Assembly: GCA_963771045.1 (NCBI GenBank)
Contig: CAVYRW010000004.1
Span: forward strand, 1,472,001 to 1,536,000
Source: Waddliaceae bacterium
Lineage (GTDB): Bacteria > Chlamydiota > Chlamydiia > Chlamydiales > SLFE01
Reading direction: 5' to 3'
Length of the DNA stretch: 64,000 bases
Positions 30,312-40,005 of this stretch are shown here, one piece after another. The notes under the pieces were generated by a model. It saw only the letters and a list, made by a program, of their open reading frames with translations. It had not been told where the DNA came from and ran no database searches. How positions within the stretch are numbered: position 1 is the stretch's first letter; the number at the start of each line of letters is the position of its first letter. The translations under genes and the position numbers were made by a program.

Positions 30312-32137
30312 AAGATTTGTTTTATCTGCAAAAAGAGTCGGTCTATGCTATCCCCGTCATCCACTACAACATGGAAATGGCCGGGGAGGTGAAAAAAGTT
30401 TTCGAAGAGATTCAGCCCGATTGCGTGGCTGTCGAGCTTCCGGAGACGATGACGCTGCAGCATCTGCATGCAGCCTCAAGGCTTCCCGATATCAGCGTTG
30501 TTGTGGCGTTCAATGTCCACTTGGAACCGCTTTATACGCTCTCGGAGCCGTGCGATCCGATTTACGAAGCTCTGAGAAGCTCGCTTGAAAAAAAACTGCC
30601 GGCCTATTGCATTGACCTCGATATCGATTCTTATCCCGACCTGATCGATATTGTTCCCGACCCCTATGCGATAGGCAAAATCGGATTGAAAAATTACTAC
30701 GAAGCTTACGAAAAAATTATCCTGGATTCAAAACCCGAACGCACCGAATTCGACGCGCATCGGGAGCTTTACATGGCCAGAAGGCTCAAAGAACTCAGCC
30801 TCTCTTATGATAAAATCCTGTTCGTGGGAGGAATGTTTCATGTCAGACGGGTTCTTGAACTTATCGACAGGCCAAAGTTTCCCGATATAAAGCACGCAAA
30901 CAGAGACTCTGTGCAAGTATGCACGCTTTCTGAGGAGTGCTGCAGGGAAGTGATGGCTGAATTCGGGTGGGCCTCGATAAATTATGAATTGCTCAGGGAT
31001 CAGGTTGAAATCGATGATTTTCCCCCAGACAGGCAAAAGCTCATCTTAGAACTTTATAAGCAAGCCTCGGAAACATATGAGGAAAACAGCGGCCACCCCT
31101 TTCCCGGATATCATTTGCGCAATATCATGAAATTCTGCCGCAATTACTCTCTTTTGAAAGGGAAACTGATGCCCAATCTCTTTCAAATTTTAAGCGCCGC
31201 CAAAGGATGCGTCGAGCACAATTACGCTTATGAGGTTTGGGAGCTGGCTACCGATTACCCATACTTGAAAAATGTCGACGGGCTTGAAGAGCTTGACTTG
31301 AACGCCAAAGATATTTGGGGAGACAGCAAACTTATCCAATTCCACTTGAGGGAAAAGGGGCGCAAAAACTTTTTTCAGATGCACCGACGACGGAAAAAAC
31401 AGGATTATCAGTTCAAGCCGCCGGGACCTTTTGCCATCTGTTCCCACCCTCCCGAAGATATCGTCGTCGAAAATTTTGGCGAATACCTCAAGAAAAAAGG
31501 ATCGCAGATCCTATCCGAAGAAGGGGCGCGGACAGTCCCCTTTTCAACAAGCCTTGAAGACGGCATCGACACGCGCGAAACAATTCGCCACTGGCCTCAG
31601 CACAAACTTTATGTGAAAATGCATGGAAAGCCTCAAGGAAGCGTCGGTTCGGTTGTCGTTATCTTCGATGAAGACACTCCCAGCGGGGATGAGGCTATTT
31701 TTGCTGAAAAATATCCCTGGCGGACGACCTGGCTCGGAGAGCACGACCAGGAGTCGGATATGGCTTTTTACGCGACCCCTATGGCAGAAAATGTGGTTGG
31801 CCCCGGAATCAGCCGATGCGAATACGGGGGGATGATGATGTCCTATCCTCCCCGAAGGATGTATGACATCTGGTCTGACCCTGACTATTTTATGTTCGAC
31901 AAAAAATCGGAAGTGCTTTTAGCCGCGGCCGTCGACTATGCTGTGCAGCCTCTGATCACCTATGTTGCGGCAGCTCCCCCGAGGAGCATGATGAAAAGCT
32001 TTGCAAGACGGTATGGTAAAAAAATTATTTACCTTCCTATCGGCCAGCTGTCCCCTATCACACTAGGCAAGATCAGGGTCTTCCACGTTCTCGAAGGCCA
32101 CGACAAAAGATTTATTGCTGACGAATACATCGATTGA
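30308..32137 (+). CDS. Hypothetical MoxR partner: N-terminal TraB/TIKI-like domain, C-terminal degenerate VWA-like region
   Basis: ATGA overlap with the ATPase; PDCVAVELP, RELYMARRL and ILFVGGMFHV; later GIDTRETIR...SVVVIFD. Confidence 0.6.
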   Translation: MKDLFYLQKESVYAIPVIHYNMEMAGEVKKVFEEIQPDCVAVELPETMTLQHLHAASRLPDISVVVAFNVHLEPLYTLSEPCDPIYEALRSSLEKKLPAYCIDLDIDSYPDLIDIVPDPYAIGKIGLKNYYEAYEKIILDSKPERTEFDAHRELYMARRLKELSLSYDKILFVGGMFHVRRVLELIDRPKFPDIKHANRDSVQVCTLSEECCREVMAEFGWASINYELLRDQVEIDDFPPDRQKLILELYKQASETYEENSGHPFPGYHLRNIMKFCRNYSLLKGKLMPNLFQILSAAKGCVEHNYAYEVWELATDYPYLKNVDGLEELDLNAKDIWGDSKLIQFHLREKGRKNFFQMHRRRKKQDYQFKPPGPFAICSHPPEDIVVENFGEYLKKKGSQILSEEGARTVPFSTSLEDGIDTRETIRHWPQHKLYVKMHGKPQGSVGSVVVIFDEDTPSGDEAIFAEKYPWRTTWLGEHDQESDMAFYATPMAENVVGPGISRCEYGGMMMSYPPRRMYDIWSDPDYFMFDKKSEVLLAAAVDYAVQPLITYVAAAPPRSMMKSFARRYGKKIIYLPIGQLSPITLGKIRVFHVLEGHDKRFIADEYID

Positions 32138-32153
32138 TGCTAAAATACTAGAC

Positions 32154-32849
32154 ATGAAACAGATAAGAATATTTATTGTCCTGGCAGTCTTATTTAGCGT
32201 CAACTTGATTTTGACCAATATCCTGGCAGTTAAAATATTTCAGCTTCCCTTTTCCGGCATTCCGCTAACGGGAGGCGATCTTCTCTATCCGATAAGTTTT
32301 CTGATCACCGACATCGTCTGCGAAATTTGGGGTAAAAAATGGGCCAATTTTCTCGTGATGTGCGGATTTGGGATGAGCCTCTTTATGCTTTTGGCCGTCA
32401 GCCTTACGCTCAAACTCCCTCCACACCCCTTCTGGGCAGCACCAGGCAATCCTTTCGGCTATAGCGACGCTAGCGCCTACCAAACTGCCTTCGAGTCGGT
32501 TTTCCACGTCAGCGGCATCCTCGTCTTTGCTTCAATGACCGCCTACCTCATTTCCCAGTATACCGATGTCAACCTTTTCCATTTTTTTAAAAAGCTGACT
32601 AAAGGCAGGCACCTTTGGCTCAGGAATAATGCCTCGACAATGACCTCTCAACTCATCGACTCGACCGTTTTCTCAACCATTTATTTTTATCTGGGCCTGG
32701 GGTTAAATTTCTCTGCCTGCTTCGAAATCTGGCTGAGCATGTACACGTTTAAATTTCTTTTTGCCTTAGTCGACACTCCCCTTTGCTATGCCGGAGTTTT
32801 CCTCATCAGAAAATTTGGCTATGAAGACTCGGTGGCATCTTCGGCATGA
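32154..32849 (+). CDS. yhhQ: Queuosine precursor transporter (YhhQ/VUT family)
   Basis: NILAVK, YPISFLITDIVCEIWG, ASMTAYLISQ, LWLRNNASTMTSQLIDS and DTP motifs. Confidence 0.92.
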   Translation: MKQIRIFIVLAVLFSVNLILTNILAVKIFQLPFSGIPLTGGDLLYPISFLITDIVCEIWGKKWANFLVMCGFGMSLFMLLAVSLTLKLPPHPFWAAPGNPFGYSDASAYQTAFESVFHVSGILVFASMTAYLISQYTDVNLFHFFKKLTKGRHLWLRNNASTMTSQLIDSTVFSTIYFYLGLGLNFSACFEIWLSMYTFKFLFALVDTPLCYAGVFLIRKFGYEDSVASSA

Positions 32850-35800
32850 GTACTCGCTATCCGATTAGCGGGATGAAGCTGTCTTAAGGTGTCCTCGGCG
32901 ACGCGGCTGATGAGTAGCTCCAAAACCATTGGACGTTTCAGGATAGGGTCAGCCACCGACTTAATAACATCAGCCAGCTTCTCCTCATTGCTTCCTAATA
33001 CTGCCGTCACTGCTTTGGAGACAATCCACCCCTTTTGCCCCGCTTCAAAGCGCGCCGCATCGTAGATCATAGCCGCCAGAAGCTCACACTCCTCTTTAAA
33101 AGAGGGATAAAAAGCCTCTTTTTCGCATGATTTCTTTGGTTCCTCCCGAGACGGCCCCATAAATTTTGTATAGAGCAAGGTTTCCTTAACATCGCTGCTG
33201 TTGGATGGGGGAAGGCTTGGATCCCTAGCAAGGAGTTTTTCATTGATTACTGAAGTGGCTTTCCGGATCACCTCATCAGAATTTAAACGGTATTCATCCA
33301 AGGCTCTGACCATAAGCGGGGCCAATGCATTGTTTAAAATAGCGTTAAAACCAGTGTTAATCAATCCCCCCAAAAAATTCTTAAACCCTCCGGCATTCAT
33401 AATCACGCTTTGAAGAAGCGCCTGATAGGGACGAAGCTCCTCGGGGCTGCACTTTCGTTCGGATTTGCGGCTCGCTACGGCAAAGATCGCAAGAGACAGA
33501 AGAGACAGATCAGCCTTTTTATCTTGAATACTTTTTAAGGCAGGGTCGAGGATATCTTGCAATTTTTCCCGATACAACTGGCGATTTTTTTCGGGGAGGA
33601 ATCGTTTTTCTAAGTAACCCTTTTGTGTTTTATCAGCATTTCCCGATGAGTCACGACATTCTGAATCAGAATTGTTTAGCATTGGTTTATTCGTAGATTC
33701 TGGGGCAAAATTCTCGTTGGATTTCTCTAAGATGTCTGGATCGCTACCGGCCAGTTCCTCTATGGGCAGGTTAGCAACACTTGGCACTTGATCATCGGGA
33801 GCGTCAGCGTGAATTGCCGGTGCTCCGCCAATCGGAAATTCCTCTTGTAATTTCTTAAAGACAACCTCGGAGACCTTGTCAAGACAGTCCTCGGTCAATG
33901 TGTTATTGTAGTTCATAAGAATACCCGCAACATCATTTCGCAGGCTCTCATTTTTCTTTTTTGCCAGCATCATCCCGATAAAAGTTTTCATTAACGTATC
34001 ATTCACTACAGGAAGAATGTCCTCACCGAGGAGCTTTTCAATTTTTTTCGGCTGCATATAAGTATGGATACGGGGTGTGATGACTCCTGCCAAAACTTTG
34101 TCAACAATCTGTTGCAGAGCAAATAGCTTGAAGGCATGATACATTTGGGGAGTTTTTTCTCTAAACCATGTCAACAAATTTCTGTATTTTTTATCCTCTT
34201 CACCAAAAAGAATATTTGCATACTTTTTAATGGTGTTGAGAACATAATTGCTGGGCATAAATCCTTTCGCCAATTCATATCCAAAGTTAGCCAGCTGCCT
34301 CAGATCTTTGGGAAGTTTGATCTCATTTGCGATCCGGAAAAGCAGGTCGCCGATCATTTCAAACTGATCTTCTCCATTTCCGGAACTCTCTTCAGACATG
34401 AGGCCGGGAAGCAGCATATCTCTAAGAGGTTTGCAAATATGGTCTTTCACCCACTCTTCAGTCACCCCACTTTTTACCATCTTAGGGGAATAATGGATCC
34501 CTTTCTCTTTGAGCAGAACGAGGAGATCAGTATTAAATTTATTCCTTCTCATTTTCTTAGCAGTTAATGAAGCATCAATAATCCGGGAAAGAAAATCATC
34601 GATCATCTCAATCTGACCTTCTCCAATGCCTGAACCTTCCTCTGAATCCAAACCAGAAAGAAGAATATCTTGAAGTGGTTTGCAATTTTGTTCTTTCACA
34701 CTCCCTTTAGGGTCATAATGGATCCCTTTCTCTTTGAGCAATTCGAAAAAATCAGAATTCAACGTGTCTGCTTTCTTTTTCCAGGTAGCTGATGAAGCAT
34801 CAAGAATCCGGGAAAGAAATTCATCGATCATCTCAATCTGACCTTCTCCAATGCCTGAACCTTCCTCTGAATCCAAACCAGAAAGCAGGATATCTCGAAA
34901 AGGTTTGCAATTTTGTTTTTTTACACGCCCCTTAGGATCAAAATGAATTCCTTTCTCTCTGAGTGCCTCGAAAAAATCGGAAATAAATTTTTTTGCTATA
35001 TTATCTTGTTTAATCTTATCCTGAGCAGCTAATGAGGCGTTAAGAAAATGACAGAATGTAGAGATGCTGTCGTCAATGATTCTATCCATAGGCGCTACAT
35101 GCAAAGCAGTCACTCCTTGGACGATCAAATGATCAGCTACTTTGGGAACAATTGTCTCACGCGTCTCGTCTAAGATACCTGGCAATTTTTCGGAAAGCCC
35201 GGGAATTCGTTTTCCAGCAAGCTCTATAGTCCTGTCTTTTAACAGGCGCGTTGTCAATAAAGCATAGCAATCGGCGACAAGCCTCATATCGATCTCGGAA
35301 GTAATTTTATTGTTAACCCAAGACTCAAAAGGTTCATTTCCTCGGACTCCATTTTTCATCCAGTCAGCTATAACCTTAAAATACTCGGCAACCTCTTCTT
35401 TTTTATCCTCCGAGCCAGCCCTTTTTACATGAAGTTGAAGAGCCATCTCCCCCTCTTCTTCGAAAATCTTTTGAAGCTTGACGTCTTTCAAAAGAAACTC
35501 GTAAACATCCTTCAAGTAATTTTTCATGGATTGATGTTCCAAATACAAAATATGGCCTGGTTTAAAATCCTTGCTCAGATCCGCGTCTGGAAAAACTTCG
35601 CGAAAACAGCTAACAGCAATTTTATTCTCAGGCTTAGCAAGCCATTGTTTGACCTTTTTCTCCCTATCCTTTAAAGAGGGTCCGCTCCCATTCAACAGCA
35701 ATGGAATCACCGGACCGTTCAAAATTAAAAATTTTTGGATAAGCGGCTCTTTCATAATCACTTTGATTGCGGGAATGCCTATCTCAAAATGTGGAAGGAA

Positions 35801-36295
35801 TTTCATCGCCAGATCGATATATTGTTTTAGATGTTCTTCATAAAAGATATCTGTCGCGGTTTTTGTGAGATTCATCAGCGCACCTCGAAGATCTTCGAGG
35901 TCTTGAGTTTCTAAAGGTACGTACTTGGGTTCGACAATGCGGCTTCCGGATGATGCTGCAAGTGAAAGATGACTGTCAGATCGAGCTGCAGGCTTTGTGG
36001 CCGGAGGTCTAGGGGATTTATTTTCAGCAAGGATTTGTTCAATCCTTTGGCGGTAGTGTGCGAGATCGTCCGCTCGATTTGCTTTCGCACTGACCCGCCC
36101 TAAACCAAACTTTCGCACCAGATTGCGAAGCGGCCGATAGGTATAATTCCAAATCCATCGAAAAGGAGCCGTCAGAATGCGAAAAGCGGTAAGTGCGGTC
36201 GTTCCAATGACAAGAATTTTTTGTTCATCGTTATTCTTAATTTCCGGAGGTCTGGTTAAAGGAATTGAGCTGCTTGCTTGAGTTGTCCTATTCAT
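32819..36295 (-). CDS. Large hypothetical protein (about 1160 aa) with internal 75-aa repeats, candidate effector
   Basis: Long uninterrupted ORF; Ser/Thr/Pro-rich N-terminus; no recognisable family. Confidence 0.75.
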   Translation of the reverse strand: MNRTTQASSSIPLTRPPEIKNNDEQKILVIGTTALTAFRILTAPFRWIWNYTYRPLRNLVRKFGLGRVSAKANRADDLAHYRQRIEQILAENKSPRPPATKPAARSDSHLSLAASSGSRIVEPKYVPLETQDLEDLRGALMNLTKTATDIFYEEHLKQYIDLAMKFLPHFEIGIPAIKVIMKEPLIQKFLILNGPVIPLLLNGSGPSLKDREKKVKQWLAKPENKIAVSCFREVFPDADLSKDFKPGHILYLEHQSMKNYLKDVYEFLLKDVKLQKIFEEEGEMALQLHVKRAGSEDKKEEVAEYFKVIADWMKNGVRGNEPFESWVNNKITSEIDMRLVADCYALLTTRLLKDRTIELAGKRIPGLSEKLPGILDETRETIVPKVADHLIVQGVTALHVAPMDRIIDDSISTFCHFLNASLAAQDKIKQDNIAKKFISDFFEALREKGIHFDPKGRVKKQNCKPFRDILLSGLDSEEGSGIGEGQIEMIDEFLSRILDASSATWKKKADTLNSDFFELLKEKGIHYDPKGSVKEQNCKPLQDILLSGLDSEEGSGIGEGQIEMIDDFLSRIIDASLTAKKMRRNKFNTDLLVLLKEKGIHYSPKMVKSGVTEEWVKDHICKPLRDMLLPGLMSEESSGNGEDQFEMIGDLLFRIANEIKLPKDLRQLANFGYELAKGFMPSNYVLNTIKKYANILFGEEDKKYRNLLTWFREKTPQMYHAFKLFALQQIVDKVLAGVITPRIHTYMQPKKIEKLLGEDILPVVNDTLMKTFIGMMLAKKKNESLRNDVAGILMNYNNTLTEDCLDKVSEVVFKKLQEEFPIGGAPAIHADAPDDQVPSVANLPIEELAGSDPDILEKSNENFAPESTNKPMLNNSDSECRDSSGNADKTQKGYLEKRFLPEKNRQLYREKLQDILDPALKSIQDKKADLSLLSLAIFAVASRKSERKCSPEELRPYQALLQSVIMNAGGFKNFLGGLINTGFNAILNNALAPLMVRALDEYRLNSDEVIRKATSVINEKLLARDPSLPPSNSSDVKETLLYTKFMGPSREEPKKSCEKEAFYPSFKEECELLAAMIYDAARFEAGQKGWIVSKAVTAVLGSNEEKLADVIKSVADPILKRPMVLELLISRVAEDTLRQLHPANRIASTHAEDATESS
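34330..34990 (-). repeat. Intragenic tandem repeat with 225-bp period (two close copies plus one diverged); boundaries approximate
   Basis: EKGIH.DPKG.VK.QNCKP..DILLSGLDSEEGSGIGEGQIEMID.FLSRI.DAS twice; identical DNA at 34596 and 34821. Confidence 0.85.
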
Positions 36296-36379
36296 AAAGC
36301 CTACTCTGTTAAAAATTTTCAAACAAAATCTTAACACAAAGTATAATTACAGAATATTAAGAAATAATAAAAGCGGCCC

Positions 36380-37021
36380 TTGATCTTATCGATGAATTTC
36401 ATTACAATTTTTTTTATGCAAATCAACAAAAAATTTGACAAAGGAACTAACGCTCTTGATTTAACTGACACTGTCGAGTTAACCGATGATCAACTCGTTC
36501 ATGTTCTGCAAAACACAGCCTATCTTAATTTAACCAGATGCAGAAAGCTGACCGATTCATTCATCAAAGAACTTTCAAAAAATTTGCAGCATCTGACTTT
36601 AAGGCACCTAACGAAAGTGACAGGCAAAGAATTTAGCCGGCTGCCAACATGCCTCAAGACCCTGGATCTAACTGGATGCTTCAATTTCAAAGGGGAAAAT
36701 ATCAGACACATCCCCAGAGCTCTTTCCGAGCTCAATATAGAAGGGTGCTATAAAGTAAGCGACAAGCATGTAAAAGATCTTCCCCCTGAATTGACCGTTT
36801 TCACATACTCCCACAAGTGCCCTTATTTTGCCCCATGCGGAAATATTACTCTACAAGGACTCGCTGATCTTCCTGAAACTATCAGGTCGGTAACAATCAA
36901 ACGGTGCGGGATGCACAACACTCAATATCCCGGAATTTTTCCTTCGGGCGTGGTCAAAAGCATCAGCTCGCCGCCCTCCTTAAATCCAAAGGAACGAAAC
37001 TCCCCCCACGAGTTTTCCTGA
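36380..37021 (+). CDS. Leucine-rich repeat protein (Cys-containing LRR type); start uncertain
   Basis: LNLTRCRKLTD, LKTLDLTGC and LSELNIEGCYKVSD repeats. Confidence 0.8.
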   Translation: MILSMNFITIFFMQINKKFDKGTNALDLTDTVELTDDQLVHVLQNTAYLNLTRCRKLTDSFIKELSKNLQHLTLRHLTKVTGKEFSRLPTCLKTLDLTGCFNFKGENIRHIPRALSELNIEGCYKVSDKHVKDLPPELTVFTYSHKCPYFAPCGNITLQGLADLPETIRSVTIKRCGMHNTQYPGIFPSGVVKSISSPPSLNPKERNSPHEFS

Positions 37022-37902
37022 TAAATTTGATCGCCGTAGCCCGGTTTTGAGCCGCACGGCCATCCGTAGGCATACCAGAAGAGCCTCTCGGCGGGATCGA
37101 GAATCTCTGCGCTCACTGTCCCCCAGGGAAGGTCTTCTTTGGAATAACTTTCGCTTTTGCGGGTGCCGTGATTGCAAATTGAAAATCCCCATGCCGGAAG
37201 AAGAGGATTTTCACGAGGATCGCGATCACTATTTTCATGGTCCGACAAAATTTTTTTCATCGCCTCGATATCCAATTGCCCCTCAAACATTTCGACAAGC
37301 TCCTGTCCTCGCTCCATTCTCGTCCGGTTATTGTTGTTTTTGTCGATTATGAGCGACAGGGCGGAATTGTAAGAAATTAGCGGCTCGGAAAGGTAGCAGT
37401 TGACAGCGAGAACGACGCCGGGATTTTCAGCCGAATAGCGGTCGTAGACGGACATGCCGAAATTCCCTACTTCTATATGAGCCAAATCTCCTGCGGCGTC
37501 GGCCAGCAAAACAGAGTAGGCAGGGTGGATTTCCTTATGATTAGCAAAAGCGGCGATCGCCTCGGAAACGGTTTTGCACCGGCCCATGATATATTCGGTA
37601 ATATCGGCAAAAGCAGTTGGATTCTCAGGCTTTGCCAAACCTTCCTTTTCAAAAATCATGGCGCATGTGAACGCAAGACCCGCTTCGTTGATCCCTCTTG
37701 TCGTCTCTTTCTTCCTGGCAAAATATCCCCTCTCTTCCAGGGTATGTTCTGTCGTGGATACAAGTTCGGTGCCGATGTACGCCAGCTTTCCTTTCGGGCG
37801 GACCTGCCTTAGAAAAGTTCTGACATCATAAGGATCGTCGCTCACGCTGCCAAGCAAGGGGCGGCTGTGTTGGTCTGTAAACCCGATGAGAAAGCAGCCC
37901 AT
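36922..37902 (-). CDS. Ntn-hydrolase, peptidase C45/acyltransferase-like
   Basis: Cys near N-terminus (MGC); GINEAGL, CKTVSEAI, LLADAAGD..HIE, ILSDH, ICNHG and GWPC motifs. Confidence 0.75.
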   Translation of the reverse strand: MGCFLIGFTDQHSRPLLGSVSDDPYDVRTFLRQVRPKGKLAYIGTELVSTTEHTLEERGYFARKKETTRGINEAGLAFTCAMIFEKEGLAKPENPTAFADITEYIMGRCKTVSEAIAAFANHKEIHPAYSVLLADAAGDLAHIEVGNFGMSVYDRYSAENPGVVLAVNCYLSEPLISYNSALSLIIDKNNNNRTRMERGQELVEMFEGQLDIEAMKKILSDHENSDRDPRENPLLPAWGFSICNHGTRKSESYSKEDLPWGTVSAEILDPAERLFWYAYGWPCGSKPGYGDQIYQENSWGEFRSFGFKEGGELMLLTTPEGKIPGY

Positions 37903-37904
37903 TA

Positions 37905-38372
37905 TTAAGATTCAAAAAAGTGGCTGTGGAGCATCCAGGCGGTTTTTTCATGAAAACGGAGACGGTCGATCAGCATATCTCCCGTTCCCTCATCGCCAAG
38001 CTCGATAGCCTCTTTGATTTGTTCCCTTAAATCTTTGATGACAAGTTCATGGTCAATCAAAAGTTCCGACAGCATATCGTCGCCGGAAAGGTTTGTCTCC
38101 GCTTCGTCGAGAGTTCCGATATCCAAAAACTCCCTGAGCGATCCGGGAGACTTAAATCCCAGCATCCGAATCCTTTCGGCAATCTCATCTACCGCCTCGA
38201 ACAAAGCTTCATATTGCTCCTGAAAAAATTCATGCAGCGAATGAAACCTGACATCGACAACATTCCAATGAAAATTTTGGGTTTTGACCAAAAGCAAATA
38301 CGTATTTGCCAGGGACCTGGACAAAAGAACCTTAATCTTTTGAGCCGATTTTTTATCTAAACCTGCAGCCAT
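37905..38372 (-). CDS. dps: DNA protection during starvation protein Dps
   Basis: KTQNFHWNV, FHSLHEFFQEQY, DEIAERIRMLG, EKTAWML. Confidence 0.95.
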   Translation of the reverse strand: MAAGLDKKSAQKIKVLLSRSLANTYLLLVKTQNFHWNVVDVRFHSLHEFFQEQYEALFEAVDEIAERIRMLGFKSPGSLREFLDIGTLDEAETNLSGDDMLSELLIDHELVIKDLREQIKEAIELGDEGTGDMLIDRLRFHEKTAWMLHSHFFES

Positions 38373-38502
38373 AATACGACCCTCCTAATTTCAGAAGTTG
38401 CTTGAATATGCCAGAAATGTCAAGATAATCACAAAATACACTGGCTTTTAGTGTTTTATAAAGTCTTATTTAAATAAATTCGCCGCAGGTAATATTAAAA
38501 TT

Positions 38503-40005
38503 ATGAAGAACCTTGTTGTCGTTAATCAAAAAAGAGACTGGCAGATAAAACACCCTGACATCCAGGTTGTTACAGCCAAGGAATACATCAAAAGTCCCGA
38601 TTTTAGCTCCGGGGCGGGATATCGGGTATTCAATTTGTGCCGCTCATACAATTATCAAAAGCTGGGATACTATGTCACGCTTATCGCCGAGGCGCGCGGG
38701 CACAAACCCCACCCGACACTAACAGCTATAGAAGACTTTAAATCCCCTTCTATGGTCAGCTATGTTTCCAAAGAACTCGACGACCTCATTCAAAAAAACT
38801 TGAAAAAAATCACTTCAAATCAATTTCTCTTAAGCGTCTATTTCGGCAAAAACATAGCCAAATGCTACGACCGGCTGGCAGCCTATCTTTACCAGCAGTT
38901 TCAGATCCCCTTTCTTCAGGCAAAATTCACAAAAATGGAAAGGGGATGGACTCTTGCAAGCGTCCGTCCCCTTTCCATGAACCAAATTCCCGAAGAACAT
39001 CTCGATTTTGCCAATGAACAAACCCTGCAGTATCTGTCGAAAAGAAAAACACCCCAGCTAAGCAAAACAAAAACCCGCTATGATTTGGGAATACTGATCA
39101 ACCCGGACGAAACGACGCCCCCTTCAGATAAACGGGCCATACAAAAGTTTCTCAAAGCTGCCGATCTTTTAGGGGTCAATGCCGAACTCATCCAAAAAGA
39201 GGACTTGGCGCGTATCGCAGAATTCGACGCCCTATTTATTCGTGAAACCACCCATGTGAACCACCACACCTACCAATTTTCCAGAAGAGCTTTGGCCAAC
39301 GGCCTTGTCGTCATCGACGATCCCCTATCGATTCTGCGCTGCTGCAACAAAGTCTATTTATATGAAGTTCTGGAGAAGCACAAAATTCCGATACCAAAAA
39401 CAACTATGGTCGATGCCGACAACATCCTCGATATCGCCCCTTCGCTCGACTATCCCGCAGTCCTCAAGCAGCCCGACAGCTCATTTTCAAAAGGGGTGAT
39501 TAAAGTCAGCACTGAGCAGGAATTTATCGAGCAGACAAAAAAACTTCTGGAAAACTCCGATCTGATCCTTTCACAAGAATATATGCCCACGGAGTTTGAC
39601 TGGCGGATCGGCATCCTGGACGGAAAGCCGCTGTACTGCTGCCACTATTACATGGTCAAAAACCACTGGCAGATCTGCCGCACAACGAAAGCCGGAAAGA
39701 TGCAGGAAGGATCGTCCCAAGGCATCCCGCTCGACCAGGTTCCAAAAAAAGCCCTGGAGCTGGCCGTCAAGGCCTCCAAGCTGATAGGAGACGGCCTCTA
39801 CGGCGTCGATATCAAAGAATCGGGTGGAAAGTTTTATGTTATCGAAGTCAATGACAATCCCAGCTTGGACGCCGGACACGAAGATGTCATTTTAAAAGAT
39901 GAACTTTATCGGATCATTATTTCCTCGATAGTCAGACGCCTTGATGATAAAAATCTTAAAATCCGCCAGGAAACAAAAAAACGGTATGCAAAAGTCGCTG
40001 GTTAA
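38503..40005 (+). CDS. RimK-like ATP-grasp ligase with N-terminal RLAN domain
   Basis: FNLCRSYNYQKLGYYVTLIAEARGH (RLAN), FDALFIRETT, VLKQPDSSFSKGV, QEYMPTEFDWRIG, YGVDIK, IEVNDNP. Confidence 0.9.
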   Translation: MKNLVVVNQKRDWQIKHPDIQVVTAKEYIKSPDFSSGAGYRVFNLCRSYNYQKLGYYVTLIAEARGHKPHPTLTAIEDFKSPSMVSYVSKELDDLIQKNLKKITSNQFLLSVYFGKNIAKCYDRLAAYLYQQFQIPFLQAKFTKMERGWTLASVRPLSMNQIPEEHLDFANEQTLQYLSKRKTPQLSKTKTRYDLGILINPDETTPPSDKRAIQKFLKAADLLGVNAELIQKEDLARIAEFDALFIRETTHVNHHTYQFSRRALANGLVVIDDPLSILRCCNKVYLYEVLEKHKIPIPKTTMVDADNILDIAPSLDYPAVLKQPDSSFSKGVIKVSTEQEFIEQTKKLLENSDLILSQEYMPTEFDWRIGILDGKPLYCCHYYMVKNHWQICRTTKAGKMQEGSSQGIPLDQVPKKALELAVKASKLIGDGLYGVDIKESGGKFYVIEVNDNPSLDAGHEDVILKDELYRIIISSIVRRLDDKNLKIRQETKKRYAKVAG

